A stretch of 64,000 nucleotides of DNA from Orbicella franksi (GCA_964199315.1 OZ116707.1:5890001-5954000), one strand, 5' to 3'; shown: positions 1 through 13,178, counted from the stretch's first letter. Made by a program: numbers and translations. The notes: a model not told the origin generated them from the sequence alone.

Positions 1-519
1 ATATAAAAACTGAAGTGAAGAATAATTATATAATAATAATAATAATAATAAAACATTAACATATTGTTTTTTGATTCCTTATTCCAAATCCCAGTCTTTA
101 AATGAAGAACAATCTGATTGAGGCTTTGGTGTGGCATTTGTTTCATTGCAAACCTCTTGTCTTATTTAATCATAGATGAGCTCAGGTGACACATAAGAGC
201 AATTTTGGATGAAAGAGGGTGAATGGTATGTGAAGGCTACAGCTATGCTGATGCAGGGGTAAGTCAACACAGTGAACATTTCAACAGCTTATGACTACAA
301 ATTAATGGTAAATACCATTGATGCCATTTTGCTGTTTCAAACTTGACCCTCAATATATCAAAATCTTGTTTGCAGCTGGGTGGCATTTTAAAATGTTTGT
401 CAAAAATTGCTCCAGTTGAATTTATTTTAGACCGCAGCAGAATTCAAAGTTTTTTATTTATTTGGTGTGTGCACAGGAAACCAGCTCCACTGATGACAGT
501 GATGAAAAGGTTCGAGAGA

Positions 520-806
520 AAAACATTTGTGGAGAAGAGGGCAGTTTATTATAGGACAACTACCACCTGGGACTCATTGGACCTTACTTTAAAACTCAGT
601 AGAACTATTTCAATTTTTAAAAAAGCATTGAAACGAAAATTAATTGTAGAGTTTTTAAATTTGTGATTATCTAAATTAGAATGTAATATTAATTTTAGTA
701 TATTAGTATTTAATTGCAGTATTGTACCATATTGTCTTCGAAAAGCCCCCATGGGGAAAGATAATAAAGGATGTATGTATGTATGTATGTATGTATGTAT
801 GTATGT
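520..806 (+). mobile_element. 3' end of an L2/CR1-type LINE with (ATGT)n tail
   Basis: Frame reads YYRTTTTWDSLDLTLKLSRTISIFKKALKRKL, resembling the C-terminus of L2/CR1 RT ORFs; followed by AT-rich UTR, GAAAAGCCCC motif and nine ATGT units at 771-806. Confidence 0.55.
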
Positions 807-1269
807 GACCTTTCCTTTGAAGCTACACGAAGCAAAACGAATGGATCCCGTGGAAAGGGAAAGAAGAGTTCTTCTAGCCATAGTAGTGTGAGCCCAAAGA
901 TCACAGATGAGAGTAATTCTGATGCCTTTGAGGATGAACTTCAGTTACCTGGTAATCTAGAAAAAAATGTTCAAAACATTGCTTTATCTTACTTTTCATT
1001 CTTATGCCACCATTACCGGTATATCACCCACTAATTACTTAAGGTAATTTTATGGAATATCCCTATTAATTTAGTGTAAAAAAACCCTATCTTGTCACTT
1101 TGAAAAAAGGTAAATAATATACACCCTAAGCAAATATGGTGGACCACTCTGTCGTCGCCTGGAACAAGTTGTACGAAAGGGAGGCTAGTTGGGTGTCGGT
1201 GTTTTGTTTTGACAATGCCTCCCCAGAAAAGTCTTGCTTTGTTGATGATCTGGTCTGCTTTATTTTGCT

Positions 1270-1478
1270 ATGCCCAGGAGTTTTTGTGTTCCTGAATGTC
1301 TCCAGAAGGGAGTGAAATCCTCCACAGGAGAGAAAGGTTTTTTTTAGTTTCCCTGTTCACCTCTGAGGGGAAAACAGATGAAGGAAAGAAGTTCACGATC
1401 GCAGAGGGAACTGCAAAAGTTTGTTTGTTACATTTCAGGCTAGAAGATCTTAGAAAATGTGTCACGGATCGCATTTAG
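1270..1478 (+). pseudogene. THAP zinc-finger fragment (DNA transposon 5' end)
   Basis: ATG at 1270 gives MPRSFCVPEC; after a frameshift KVCLLHFRLEDLRK, matching the THAP C-x-x-H-F segment. Confidence 0.6.
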
Positions 1479-1639
1479 CTCCAAGTCGTTGTCATTTGGC
1501 TCAATGCTTTCACTGGTTTAAACGACAGAGGCAGCTGAAGTTCATTTGCAATTCCACCGTAATATTTCTTTCGAGTGATTCAGTTTGGGTAAAGTCGAGG
1601 TGGACGTAGACAACTTCTTCTCTTTAGACAGGGGATGTC

Positions 1640-1917
1640 TTTCAAGAGGAGCTGTTCTTTACCTTGGGGAAGGTACTGGCCATGCAAATTGTGTTGAAAC
1701 ACCACCAGACACCACATAAGCTCATCATTTAAATGATTTTCTAAGATCTTCCAACCTGAAAATGTAGTGAACAAACTTCACTTCTCTGGGTGTTCATGAA
1801 CTCACTTCCTTCGTCTTGATGAATTGCATGGATCCACTATTTTCAGCCTTAGAGGTGAACATTGGACAATTTCTATCCCTTCTCGTAGCATTCAGGAACA
1901 CAAAAACTCCTAGGCAT
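1640..1917 (-). pseudogene. Second THAP zinc-finger fragment, paralog of 1270-1478
   Basis: Minus-strand ATG at 1917 gives MPRSFCVPEC..WIHAI..EVCSLHF; shares the upstream GAGGCTAGTTGGG..CCCCAGAAAAGTCTTGC leader with the plus copy. Confidence 0.65.
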
Positions 1918-2039
1918 TGCAAGACTTTTCTGGGGAAGCATTGCCAAAACAAAACACACAGGCCCAACTAGCCTCGCTTTCATACAACTTTTCCCAATTA
2001 GCAGAACAGGCTGCTTAAGGCTTATGGCTGGTACTTGAC

Positions 2040-3370
2040 AAACCACTGCGCTGTGTTTCATGAATGAATTTCATGGGAAGAAGATTGCTTGAGGTGACAG
2101 CACGAGGAAAACTCAGGTTGTGACTCCTGTGGCGTTCCATTCAACGCACCATAAAGGATATCGGAACAAGCTCTGAGTTGTTCACTCAAAGGGTGGGCAT
2201 TGTTATTTCTGAGGCTGGCTTCATTGCGATGTCTCAAGATTGCCATGATGTGTCACGATGGAACTTGCGTGTCTGACCACAGGGTGATTGCAGATGCCCT
2301 GACACTATGATTGGTGTAAATTTTGGACAGAGATGCCAGTTTGGAAAGATCTTTCATCATCCCTCCCAGTTTGTTGACCCCCAGAGGTTTGTTCTCGTAC
2401 CACACTTGAACTTCTTGTGTAGCAGACCATTTTCGGTACTGAAAGAACACTTCGCAGTGAGGATTTGTTTTCTGGAGATACATCTTTAGGCAGTTGAGGC
2501 CGTCAAAGAGGTGGTCATTTGCTATCAAGTACATCCTGGCCTCCTTCTCTACACTGGCAATGTCATTGATTCTCCCAGGGTGATTTTTGGTGGCCTCGTC
2601 ATGAGTTATCGAGACATATTCACGCCCAGTGTCATCCTTCAAGAACTGGAAGCTTTGTTTTGTAAGTTCTTGCTGACCCTTGCTTCTGCGACGACACCAG
2701 TACAGGTTGATGTGAAACCAGACATTCTGCAGAAGGCTCCCAGGATTGTCTTTCTAAATTGCACTGGAGGATTTTAATTTCTGGAGGTCTGCTTCTGGAA
2801 TGGGAGGTTTGTGCTCGACATTTTCTTTGTTTTCATGCTTTTTTTTTTATTTGCAATAACACAAGGGAAACCAATGCTTACTTACAACACTAACTCTCTT
2901 TACATTATATTGCTCTAATTATTTACACTAGTTAAATTACAATAACTAAACGACTTACATTACTAACAAATACAGTTACACGACTTACACAATTAAGAAA
3001 TACAGTGACGACAAGGGGCAAAGAAATTAATTTCTGGAGGTCTGCTTCTGGAATGGGAGGTTTGTGCTCAACATTTTCTTTGTTTTCATGCTTGTTTAAT
3101 TATATCACTGACTGTGCAGCAGCTTGTTTGAAGCTTGAAATTCTACTCCTTTTGAAATGGAAATGCCTCGATGGAGTGGAGAATTGTTGAGGTATCTCCC
3201 TATAGCATTGCGAATTCCAAGGATGGATGACGTTGAGTAAAGTGCACCATCTTATGTGTGACCTCCAGTGTAGAAATGATGAAGGCAGTTATCTAGCTCA
3301 TTGTTGGTCATTTCGTGAAGACTCTTGGCAATTTTCCTGTCGCAGCACCGAGCTGTTTTTAAAACATCAG
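2040..3370 (-). pseudogene. Crypton-type tyrosine recombinase, decayed
   Basis: Segments EFRNAIGRYLN, EHKPPIPEADLQKLK and WYENKPLGVNKLGGMMKDLS..YTNHSVRASAIT (H-x-x-R motif); several stops and frameshifts. Confidence 0.75.
2841..3026 (-). mobile_element. 5'-truncated L1/Tx1-type 3' end inserted in the Crypton remnant
   Basis: Poly(T) head on plus strand; minus strand ends TTCCCTTGTGTTATTGCAAATAAAAAAAA, similar to the 3' end of the LINE at 27477-27516; flanked by a 67-bp direct repeat (2774-2840 / 3027-3093). Confidence 0.65.
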
Positions 3371-3644
3371 AAAAAAACAAAGATTGTATAGTTTTGAGTA
3401 AAATTTTACGTTGTTGCATTCATGTGTGGTTCGCTAGCTAAATAACTTTGCGGCTTCCTTTATTGTCCATTGAACATGAAAATGTATCATTTATAAGAAA
3501 TGATTTGGAAATACATGAGACAAGAAATATATGTGATAGAAACCAATGTTTTGGTGCATCTTGCACCATTATCAAGGTTACATAATGATAAAAAGTGGCT
3601 TGTGAAGAGAGTAAGTTGAATCAAATTTGCATAAAAGTGCCAAG

Positions 3645-4110
3645 CTACTTACAGAATACTTTAGAACAAAGAGAATCAGACTGTACATTCAGTGCTGGTT
3701 TAAGATCTTGAATACACAGCGTTTCATTAACAAGGCAGTCAAACTTGTTTGTGCATTGCTTGATTACATTGAATCGTGCTAAGAAATTGTTCGGAACGGC
3801 AATGTTATGTTCTTTGGAATGTTTGTAAATAGATGACGCATTTTCACAGTGTCCCTCAACGCACATGTGAAGGTGGCCCTTTGTGTACCTGACATAACCT
3901 GCATCACACAAGTCACACTTGAATTAATAAGGAACGCATTTCTGGGTTACGATGTTAGGCTTGGGCTCACGCAGGCTTAGATCTTGTTTAAGCTTGTGGC
4001 TAGTAAACACACGTTGGATGGTCTTTTGCACCTTGCTTCTAAGATCTCTAAGTTGTCGTTTGACAGACACTGCAGGATCTTGATCTTTATAGGGGATAAC
4101 TATCCTGATG
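3645..4110 (-). mobile_element. Penelope-like element remnant (RT C-terminus and GIY-YIG endonuclease)
   Basis: FKCDLCDAGYVRYTKGHLH..HSKEH..FDCLVNETLCIQDLKPALNVQSDS matches the PLE GIY-YIG pattern. An inverted RT N-terminal scrap (PDKWSGVVMMDKQEYL) follows at ~4128-4190 on +. Confidence 0.75.
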
Positions 4111-4199
4111 AAACTTAACCAGACAAATGGTCAGGTGTAGTCATGATGGATAAGCAGGAATATCTGCAGTTGTTATGGAGGCCTCAAAGTCCAGCCCCT

Positions 4200-5465
4200 C
4201 TAATTGAAAGTGAGGACACTTCCCCCCTGCTTCTGACCCCTATTAATGTACAAAGACTTGTTGACATATTAACCTATCATCCAAACCAAGAATATGTTTC
4301 CTGATCATGTAATAATGTTAGGTATGGGGCAGACATGGGTTTTACTCGGAGCTGCGTCGCTGGATTTTCTCTGAATCTGCCTATTGCAGTTTCCCAACCT
4401 AGTATTGTTACTGAAAACCTTTCCAGGGAGGTGGCCTTGGGCTGAGTTACAGGCCCTTTTCCCAGTCCCCCACTACCTAATTTTCAGGTGTCACCCATTG
4501 GCTTGGTTCCCAAGAAGCACACAGCTAAGTTTAGAACTGTTTTTCACTTGTCTTGCACCCTAGAGGAATTGCAGTCTCTTATTGAGAGTCTGAACTTTGC
4601 ATGCAAAGTTATCCCCCTCCCCCCGAGAAACGCTTTCTTTTTGCAGTGCATGATTAAGCTAACTTGCAAGGTCTCTAAACCACACCATATTAAATTAGGC
4701 AGAGTATTTTTCAAGGATCTTACTATGTGGCAACAATTTATTCACACTTGCAATGGGGCCAGTTTTTCCTGACCACTTAATGGGTGGACTCTGACACCTT
4801 AACACTTTATACTGACACCTCAGGTACACTTGGTTATGGTGGGATCCTAGGTAATAAATGGTTCTAGGGTCGGTGAGACTCACCAACAGCTACATGCCCC
4901 TGGTGTTAGCATCATGGGGCTGGTTCCCCATGATGACCCAGCCCCATGTCCTGTGCCCCCAGCACTTTTGCCAATCTGAATGCAGCTATCCAGAACTACT
5001 TGAGCCCATTTTTGCTAGCTATACCAGAAAACAGATAGCTCAGGTGAAAGATTTCTCGATATCTGCACCCTTCATAGCCCACACAAGTCAACTCCCATCC
5101 CAACCAACAAAGAGACTCTTATCCAGTATGTGGCATACCTGGCTAAGACAATTAAACACTCCTCTATCAAGGGTTACCTGGCTGCAGTAAGACACCTGCA
5201 TATTCGTTCAGGTTACGAGTTAGACCTTAAGAAATTTGTCTGCTTGCAGTTGATTTGCCGTGGTATCAAGCAATCGCAGGGTGATTTTTCTCAGATTCAT
5301 CTCCCCATTACAATAACTCACCTGAAATTGTTTTTTCAGCTTTTGGTTATCCCAAAAACTACTAACTTTGACTCTATAATTATATGGGCAGTTATGACCC
5401 TAGCCTTTTTTGGCTTCCTTTGCCTGAGAGAAATGACATGCAACTTCCACCACACCCTGACATAA
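4200..5465 (+). mobile_element. DIRS/Ngaro-type YR retrotransposon remnant (RT, RNase H, tyrosine recombinase)
   Basis: GPFPSPPLPNFQVSPIGLVPKK..FRTVFHLS (RT), LQSLIESLNFACKVIP (RNase H region), SSIKGYLAAVRHLH..LPITITHLK..LAFFGFLCLRE (YR N-half); internally deleted and cut at 5465. Confidence 0.8.
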
Positions 5466-5469
5466 TACA

Positions 5470-7545
5470 TACATTTATTATATGACTAGCTCCGTGGGCA
5501 GGCAAGATGAACTGAATCGTGCTGTGATTGGCTATGTGAGCAGGCAAGATGGAGCTATCTTGCCTGCTCAGGATAAGGGTTTTGTCCCACAGGGAAAATT
5601 CATCCGAGGCAGAAGCCGGTTTACCAAAATTTTCTTTCTTAGTTTTTGCCCTGAAAAATCTTTTCTGTGACAGTTAAAGATTTCCTGTGGTTTGTGTATT
5701 GATGGAGCTGGAAAACGAGAAAACTAAATGTATCAACAAGACAGAAAACAAAAATGTTGACGAGTTTCATGAATTTATTTTGCAACAAAAGCCGGCAAAC
5801 ACAAAAGTAAAAGCACAAAGTGACATGAAGGCATGGAAGCCATTTTGTTTACAAGAAAATGAGAGTAGGGAGCTGTGTGACATACCTCAGGAAGAACTGA
5901 ATTTGCTGTTGTGTAAATTTTTCAAAACTGTAAAGAAATCGGATGGCACAGAATACGAGCCAGTCAGTTTGATGTCCTTTCAATGTAGTCTTCAACACTC
6001 CTTGAACGAAAGAGGTTCAAATGTAAATATTATTGACGGAGACAACTTCAAACTCTCTAGAGAAGTGTTAAGTGCCAAGCGCTGCCAGTTTGTTTTGGAA
6101 CATGGCAAGGGGAACAGACCACAAGCTGCCCGTGAGCTGACCGAGGCCAAGGAAGACAAGCTTTTTGAGTGTGGTGAATTTGGGGCCTCCAATCCAACAG
6201 CCTTGCAGCATACCTTGTGGTAGATAATTGCCCTTCACTTTGGGTTCAGAGCTCATGACAAGAGCTGCCGATTAAAGTGGGGAGACGTCACTTTGGAGAA
6301 AGTCCCAGAAACGGAGATTCAGATTCTTGTGTGGACATATCAGCGAGGGTCCAAAACACGTCAAGGCCAAGACAAGCCATACAGTGTTCTTGCTTTCCAT
6401 CCTACTGCGCAAGCAACTGGCAACCAGCATTGCCCGGTTAAGTTCTTCAAAGAGTTTACTCACCGTCGTCCTTTGGAGATGGACAAGCTAGATTCCCGCT
6501 ATTACCTTGCAGTCAAATATCAGCAAAAACCAGATGACAACGTGTGGTATATGCAAAGTCCGCTTGGTAAAAACGAAATCAGCAAATTTCTCTCCACCAC
6601 TGCAAAAAATGCTGTTTTACAGGGCAGAGTAACCAACCACTCGGTGAGAAAGACCTGCATTTCACGCCTCCTCGATGCAGACGTCCCAGATAATTTTGTG
6701 GCACAGTTAAGTGGCCATCGCAGTCTGAAAAGTCTTGACGCTTACAAATCGGCCTCCCATGAACATCTATGGCAAATGTCCCTTGTGCTGAGCCACTCCA
6801 GGAGCAACCAGCTTTCTAGCATCTGCACTCGTACAGAAATAACAACTCGTCCCACCACTTCTGTTACCAGTGTTGAGTCTGCCACCATTAATCCAGTCCA
6901 GATGGGATTGGGTTTCTTCTCAGGAGCAATGTTTGGAAGCTTTAACAACTGTACTTTCAACATCCAGCTTACGTCGGGGCAGCTTTCCACCACAGAGCCC
7001 AGCGACAGTTCTTCGAAGCCCCAAGGATCGGCAAAAGCAACGGCCAGATGAAATGAACTGTCTTGCTCTAATGGTTTAACATTTGTTGGAGCTTAAGTGC
7101 TGGAAATGTAATCCATTTTGAGACATTTTTGAGGTTCAAAAAACTTTTCGAATTAGCTTCGAGCGCTTTCGTACATTCGTTTATTCCATTCAGAAGTTAG
7201 ACATTTACTTGTCAAAGATGTAATCCAATCAAATGATTGTATTTCTGCATTCAGCCAATTAGGATAAAGGAGAACGTGCCATTGATTTTTGCATGTACCT
7301 GGCTTCCTTTTCAGTCCTTGAAAATAAACACGTACACAGATCATTTTTTGGTATTTTATCCCATATAATAAATCCTTTATTAACCAAGCTTGTTCGGTCA
7401 AGATGGCCGGATATTGGCCTTGTTCTTTTTTTGCGTGTTTATGGACCTCGACTCCGTCTTGGTCCATAAAAATGCAAAAAAGAACTTGACCAATATCCAG
7501 CCATCTTGACTTCACCCTTGGTCAATAACCCATATATACTTTATT
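5470..7545 (+). mobile_element. Near-complete Crypton DNA transposon
   Basis: Non-coding ends (TATATGACTAGCTCCGTG.. / ..GGTCAATAACCCATATATA) around a YR ORF; large imperfect hairpin at 7397-7510. End coordinates approximate. Confidence 0.75.
5687..7051 (+). pseudogene. Crypton tyrosine recombinase, one premature stop
   Basis: ORFs 5687-6223 and 6293-7051 are in frame across a single TAG (6221-6223). Catalytic set visible: FGFRAHD (R), GSKTRQG (K), TNHSVRKT (HxxR), SGHRS (H), SLDAYK (Y). Confidence 0.85.
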
Positions 7546-8203
7546 TATGCTCAAAATTTATACACTTAACTAAACATATTTCGGGCTGGGTTTGTTTCAT
7601 CTATGGGGAATACACTTCGTGTATTTGTGGGGATGCAGTGCTACTATACAGGTCACTCTTTGTCCCACAGACTCACAGAATGGACTGGTTGCCATGGTCT
7701 AAACTTCCTTACTTGACTAAAGAACTCTTTCAGGGTATTGTGACCTGGAGCCCTAAGGAGGATTAAAGACCTCTCACAGGATATTGTGACCTGTAGTCCT
7801 GGAGAGGAGTAAAATTACATGATTTATTCTCGTTAGTAACAGTGATTTAGATTGCAAATGAATAGATGAAAGATCCTCTATATGAATAGCATGACTGATG
7901 AAGCCTCAAGAGGATAATTCTGAAAATGTTGCAGAAAATAACCTAAGTAATGCTTCAAGTAATGCCAGTGCTGCTAGAGTGAATTGAAAAAGAAAGGCCA
8001 CTTCTCAAGTTCAAAAGCAGAACAAGGCAAAAATAAGTGAGAAATATGATGCTCAGTGTAGCACTTGCAATGACTGGCAAATTCCAAAATAAGACGAAAC
8101 AAAACAAGCTCTAGGCATGTCGCAACAAACTAGTGGGTGGGACTACTTCACAGGTCATATTCAAGGGTAGATGAGTAAACCACAGAAAAGCAAAGTTGAT
8201 GGT

Positions 8204-9685
8204 TGATGATGATGATGATGCCTTTTATTACTCCATCTCGGGGCATAGGCCACAGATAAAGTGCCTCCACCCTCCTGTCTCTGGCCATCTGTTCAATCTG
8301 ATTCTAGGTGTAGCCTTTTAACTGGATGGTCCTTTCTGTGTCTCTTTTCCAGGTGTTTCGTGGTCTTCCTCTCTGTCTACTTCCCTGGGGGTTCCAGCCC
8401 AGTGCTTGTCAGGCTATGCAGGTGTTTGATCTCCTAAGTATATGTCCGATCCATGTCCACTTTCTTTTCTTAATTTGTTCTTTGACGGGTAGTTGACCTG
8501 TAGTCTCCCACAAGGTAGCGTCGCTGATAGTATCTGGCCAGTAAATCTGGAGGATTCCGTGCAGGCATCTGTTTATGAAGGTCTGTAGTTTTGACACGGT
8601 CTTCTCTGTCATTCTCCATGTTTCTGAACCATAGAGTAGTACGGGCTTAACATTTGAATTGAATATTCTAATTTTAGTGGCTGTTGTTATTTCCCTCGAT
8701 CTCCAGATGTTCCCTAGGATATTAAATGTGCTACCTGCTTTCCCTATTCTTGCCAGTACATCCTCGTCCGTTCCTCCAGTGACGTTTATGACACTATCTA
8801 AATATGTGAAGGATGTTACATCTTCTATGTCCGGTTTGCTATACTGATGTGCTCATTTGACTTGCTATTTACCCTCATGATCTTTGTCTTATTGGTGTTG
8901 ATTTTGAGTCCTAGTTTTGATGAGATGGCTTCAAGTTTTGAGGTTTTCGCTTGCATCTGGGAGTGGGTATGAGACAAAAGTGCCAAGTCATCGGCAAAGT
9001 CCAGGTCTTCGAGTTGGTCTACAAGGGTCCACTGTATGCCATTCCTAGAGTCAGATATTGTCTCCTTCATTGTCCAATCAATGGCAAGAAGAAAAAGGAA
9101 TGGAGATAAGAGACATCCCTGCCTTACACCTGTTTTAATATTGAACTTTTCGGTTAAACCACTATCATGCAAAATGCGGCAACTTGTGCCCTCATATGTG
9201 TTCTTTACTAATGATATGATCTTTCCAGGAATTCCGTAGCTGGCCATCAGGTCCCACAAGGTGCTTCTATCCAGGCTGTCAAATGCTTTCTCGTAGTCTA
9301 TAAAGTTTATATAGAGTGGGGTCCTCCATTCAAGTGATTGTTCTACGATTATACGAAGGGTGGCTATTTGGTCTGATGTTGATCTGGATTGTCTAAATCC
9401 TGCCTGATTATCTCGTAGTATCTCATCCACCGCTTCCCTCATGCATTCCAGGATAATGCGATTTAGGACTTTTCCTGCTGTTGACAAAAGCATGATTCCT
9501 CTATAGTTCTTACACAAGCTTAGGTTGCCTTTCTTAGGTAACTTCACCAAAAGACCCTCTTTCCACTCTGATGGTATAGATTCCTGATCCCAGATCTTTC
9601 CTATGAGGCCATGCAGCATGTGCACTGAGGTGTCAATATCAGCTTTCAGTAACTCCGCCGGGATGTTGTCTGGGCCTGCCGCCCA
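8204..9685 (-). mobile_element. 5'-truncated RTE-clade LINE
   Basis: KNYRGIMLLS, QAGFR, FIDYEKAFDSL, GVRQGCLLSP, LDFADD RT motifs; C-terminal WKWIGH-like [12 protein letters not shown]; (CAT)n tail at 8205-8220. Confidence 0.88.
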
Positions 9686-12600
9686 GTTGACGGTTATCGG
9701 CGATTTATTGCATCAAAATAAACAATCGTAAACTGAAAGAACAATATGTAACAAATTTCTATCAATTTAGTGGAAAAGTTGCATAACAAATAGTCAAGAC
9801 TTACACAAGCCAAACAAACGATTTGGAATCGATAACATAACGAAACTGAATAACAAAACATCAAAAATAGCTAGCATAAATACTACGCTAAGAAACTAAA
9901 TAAGATTCAATCACAGAATTACACAACAAAAGTAACTGATTAACAACTCAATGCTCTCGAACCTAAAAGGTGGGCATTCACTAGTAACTTTAAGAACATT
10001 TTCCAATTTAGACAATTTAAAACAATTAACATCGTACAAATGTTCCTTTGTATTATTTTGCCCATAGCTACGTGACCTAATTGGAAACAAGTTGGACAAT
10101 CTGCACAAAAGCCAACTCAGAAAAGAGTCTGGCATCAACATCTAAATAAGTTCTAACAGGTTTGGACAAAACGACTGAGAGATTAAGGTGGGGGCACGCA
10201 TGAAATTAAATGGGATTTCAAGAGGTATAAAGAAAGAAAATTATTTTTGGAACTTATTGGACCTCCATCCCTCACTCTCTAAGGTTGTTGTTGTGTTTTG
10301 AGTTTAACAGATCAGTAGCAAAGCTTTTTCACAGCTTGTGATGAATCGTGGCTGATCACTTGGACTTCTACTTCAGTTGCTTGTGTTGGTGTTTATATTG
10401 GTGCTATGACATTTATCAGCAAAGCAATCTTATTTGACATTTCTTGGTAAAGAATTTACATGAATATCCAGGAAATTTGAATAGCTTTATGTTAATTATT
10501 GTTGACATCAACAGGGTTACAACAGCAACGATTATTATCTGAACTTGAATCTTCAGTCACCACAAATTGTAAGGTCAAAGTAGTGCCAATTGTTTAAAAA
10601 GTACACGAAGTACATACATGGATTTTTATTGCAGTCTGAGGAGCCTGTTTATCTGGTCAAGTGGCATGGTTGGGGGTCCAAACACAACATGTGGGAGCCA
10701 GAATCCCTCATTTTGGATCTTGTTCTTTTCTGGTAAGTCCTGCTTTAGACACCAAAAGTGTTAGACATGTTCCCTTTCAGATATCTCTGCCAATTCCTGC
10801 TAGACCACTCGGCGCTACCACTGATTTTTTCATACGTAAGCATTGAAAGGAATTAAGTGTTTTTATTCGGAGGAGATTTTTGCTGTAACAAACTTCCTTC
10901 TACCAGATTGGCTTCTGCCTGTTAAATGCATCCCATCTGTTGTCCAGTTATTTCAGAAATCCATCTCCCCCAGAGGACGTGTTTGCAGAGAACCTCAAGA
11001 GACCGAAAAATACAATCAAGAGTGGACTTGCCGAACCCCTGTTGACACAGAAAACGGTGGAGATGAGACGACGTTTTCAGAAAAATTGTGAAAAGAACTG
11101 TTTTAAATTCAAACACAAAAATATAGCCTTTAGAGGCCGACTTTGACCAAAGGTATTTTCCAGAGGGCTGGCACAGTGCTTATCCCATGAAGAGAGGAGA
11201 TCGGCAGACAATTATCTTTCCAATTGTTATTCACTTGTTTCTTGGACGCTCACATAAGTTGTACTGTGCAGAGGGCAAGGAGCTGCCTTGGCTGCCTTGG
11301 GCTGAGAAATTAACCATTGCATTTGTCAAGCAAACACACTGAAAAGTAGTTATGTTACCACTTCAAGGAGTTTGCTTAAATACTGTTAATTAACTCCATT
11401 GTGGTTTATTACTGAGTAAGTGATGTCGACCTTGTATTTCATTAAAGGAGGTTTCCCTAATTTCATTTGAAAAATTGCAGCTAGTTCTCTTTCGTGTAGT
11501 TTCTTGAGGTCACTCAGGGTGTAACTTTCACTGTTTTGGTGACAGCTGTTGCTAGCAATTGAATCACTGTTGCCCTCAGGTTGTAGAGATTCCTGTACAT
11601 CTACTTGCTGTGTGGAAAGAGCTGCAGTACAATTTTTAACAGCATTCTTAGCTACAAGACTCTTTCCTCATTCCCAATAGGAGATGTCCCTTTTTAGACA
11701 CTTCTATGTTCATGGGCACATCGCTCATGCTCCAAAACCTCCATCCTTTTTTCTACTAGCAAAGTCTGTCGACAACTATCCCATCGATTACACTTCCTTC
11801 AAAAGTATTTTTGCATGTCGTCATTTTTCTTCTCAACACCTACAAAATGACAGAGAAAAAAAGAGGGCAGATTTAAAAATATTAACTACCGGTAGATTAA
11901 AAGTGTGGTACTTACATTGTACAGATTGTAAGCCTTCAATACAGGTATTTTTGCATGGTGTATGTAGCAGAGATATAGCTATACTATACCTACCCTGGCC
12001 AGTAAATGACTTGACAGATCCCATTTCTTGCAGTAGACCAGGAAGGTGGCATGACATACCGGTAATATGTATGTAAGGTGTTATGGGATTTTGCTTTGGC
12101 ATATCCAAGCCTTTCAAACTGCAAAGCAGAAGAGCCCATTCTTTTACCTACAGTAAATAGAAATAAACATTTCAGTCAGAGTGTATAGTTGCTGACACAG
12201 TAGACTGTCTGAATATATTGACAGCCATATCATTTCCTTGCCTGGGAAATCCTGGATATCTTTCTCAGACGGACTCCAATTTCCAAATATGTCAAAAAGT
12301 TCTTTGAAATCCTGTACACGATAAAGAGATGCAATATTTCAAAAAAAATACCTTAACAAAAAACAGGTGGCAAGTTAAAATTCTTGCAAGATTAAGAAGC
12401 AAATCAATGCAAAACAATATATTTGTACTTACTTTCCACAATTTGGTGACCTTTTCACAAACCTCAGGAGGTAGAAAGGAAGAGAATTTAGAGGTGGAAG
12501 CTTGTTGACAGTTTCTTCTTTTCATTTCCCATCAGGGATGTCCAGTCTAAATTTCCTTGTTTGTCTGTCCAAATTGACAGGGATACACACAGCTTCAAGA

Positions 12601-12858
12601 AACTTTTTCAGATGAATTCCCCTCTGCTCTTTGCTTGATTTCTTGAAATCATTTTGCTTAATAGCAACAAAATGTATTCTTTATGTTCACAATATTGAAC
12701 AAGAAATCAAAGCAGATTGCTGTTGTCACATCTGGGACCTTTACAGGCCTCAATGGCAACCCAACCAACCGTACAAACTTCTTGGTTTTTTTCTCTAGGC
12801 GGGAAATTGGGTATGACGTCGATACCCTCCAGCGGGTAACCGTCTTCGTCGCGTCCTT

Positions 12859-13178
12859 TCACCGTACACAACATGCTTGAAAACAGCCGTGTAATCTGCT
12901 CCAGAACCCCGCTCCGTTTTGACTCAGCAGCTGTTCTCTTCGACGCTTGAGGGAGTTTCTACGTTTACCCACTTCTCGCAAAACCTTTTTATGTCTTTTC
13001 AGTTTCCCATAAGTCATCGCATTGATGGGGATCCTCTTTTTCAGCAAATTGAATACCATCTCGCTGATGGCGTTGATCTGATCTCTGTCGGCGTAATGTA
13101 ACATCTGTTGACGTTTTTTTTATTGGCTTCTTTCAGGACGCTCGTCAAGAAACGACGTTGTCGTCGCAACCGCTTCAT
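12859..13178 (-). pseudogene. Small basic Polinton protein
   Basis: MKRLRRQRRFLTSVLKEANKK, then a 1-nt shift in an A-run, then LHYADRDQINAISEMVFNLLK..LKRHKKVLR..RREQLLSQNGAGFW; pattern typical of small Polinton core-region proteins. Confidence 0.6.

Noticed and set aside
11340-11360. Left Polinton terminus at AGTAGT (11345)
   Set aside because: The following bases do not match the reverse complement of 34440-34593, and the preceding 6 bp are not AGAAAC.
9700-12760. Host protein-coding gene in the short ORFs of this interval
   Set aside because: No domain, consistent exon chain or codon-like pattern I could support.
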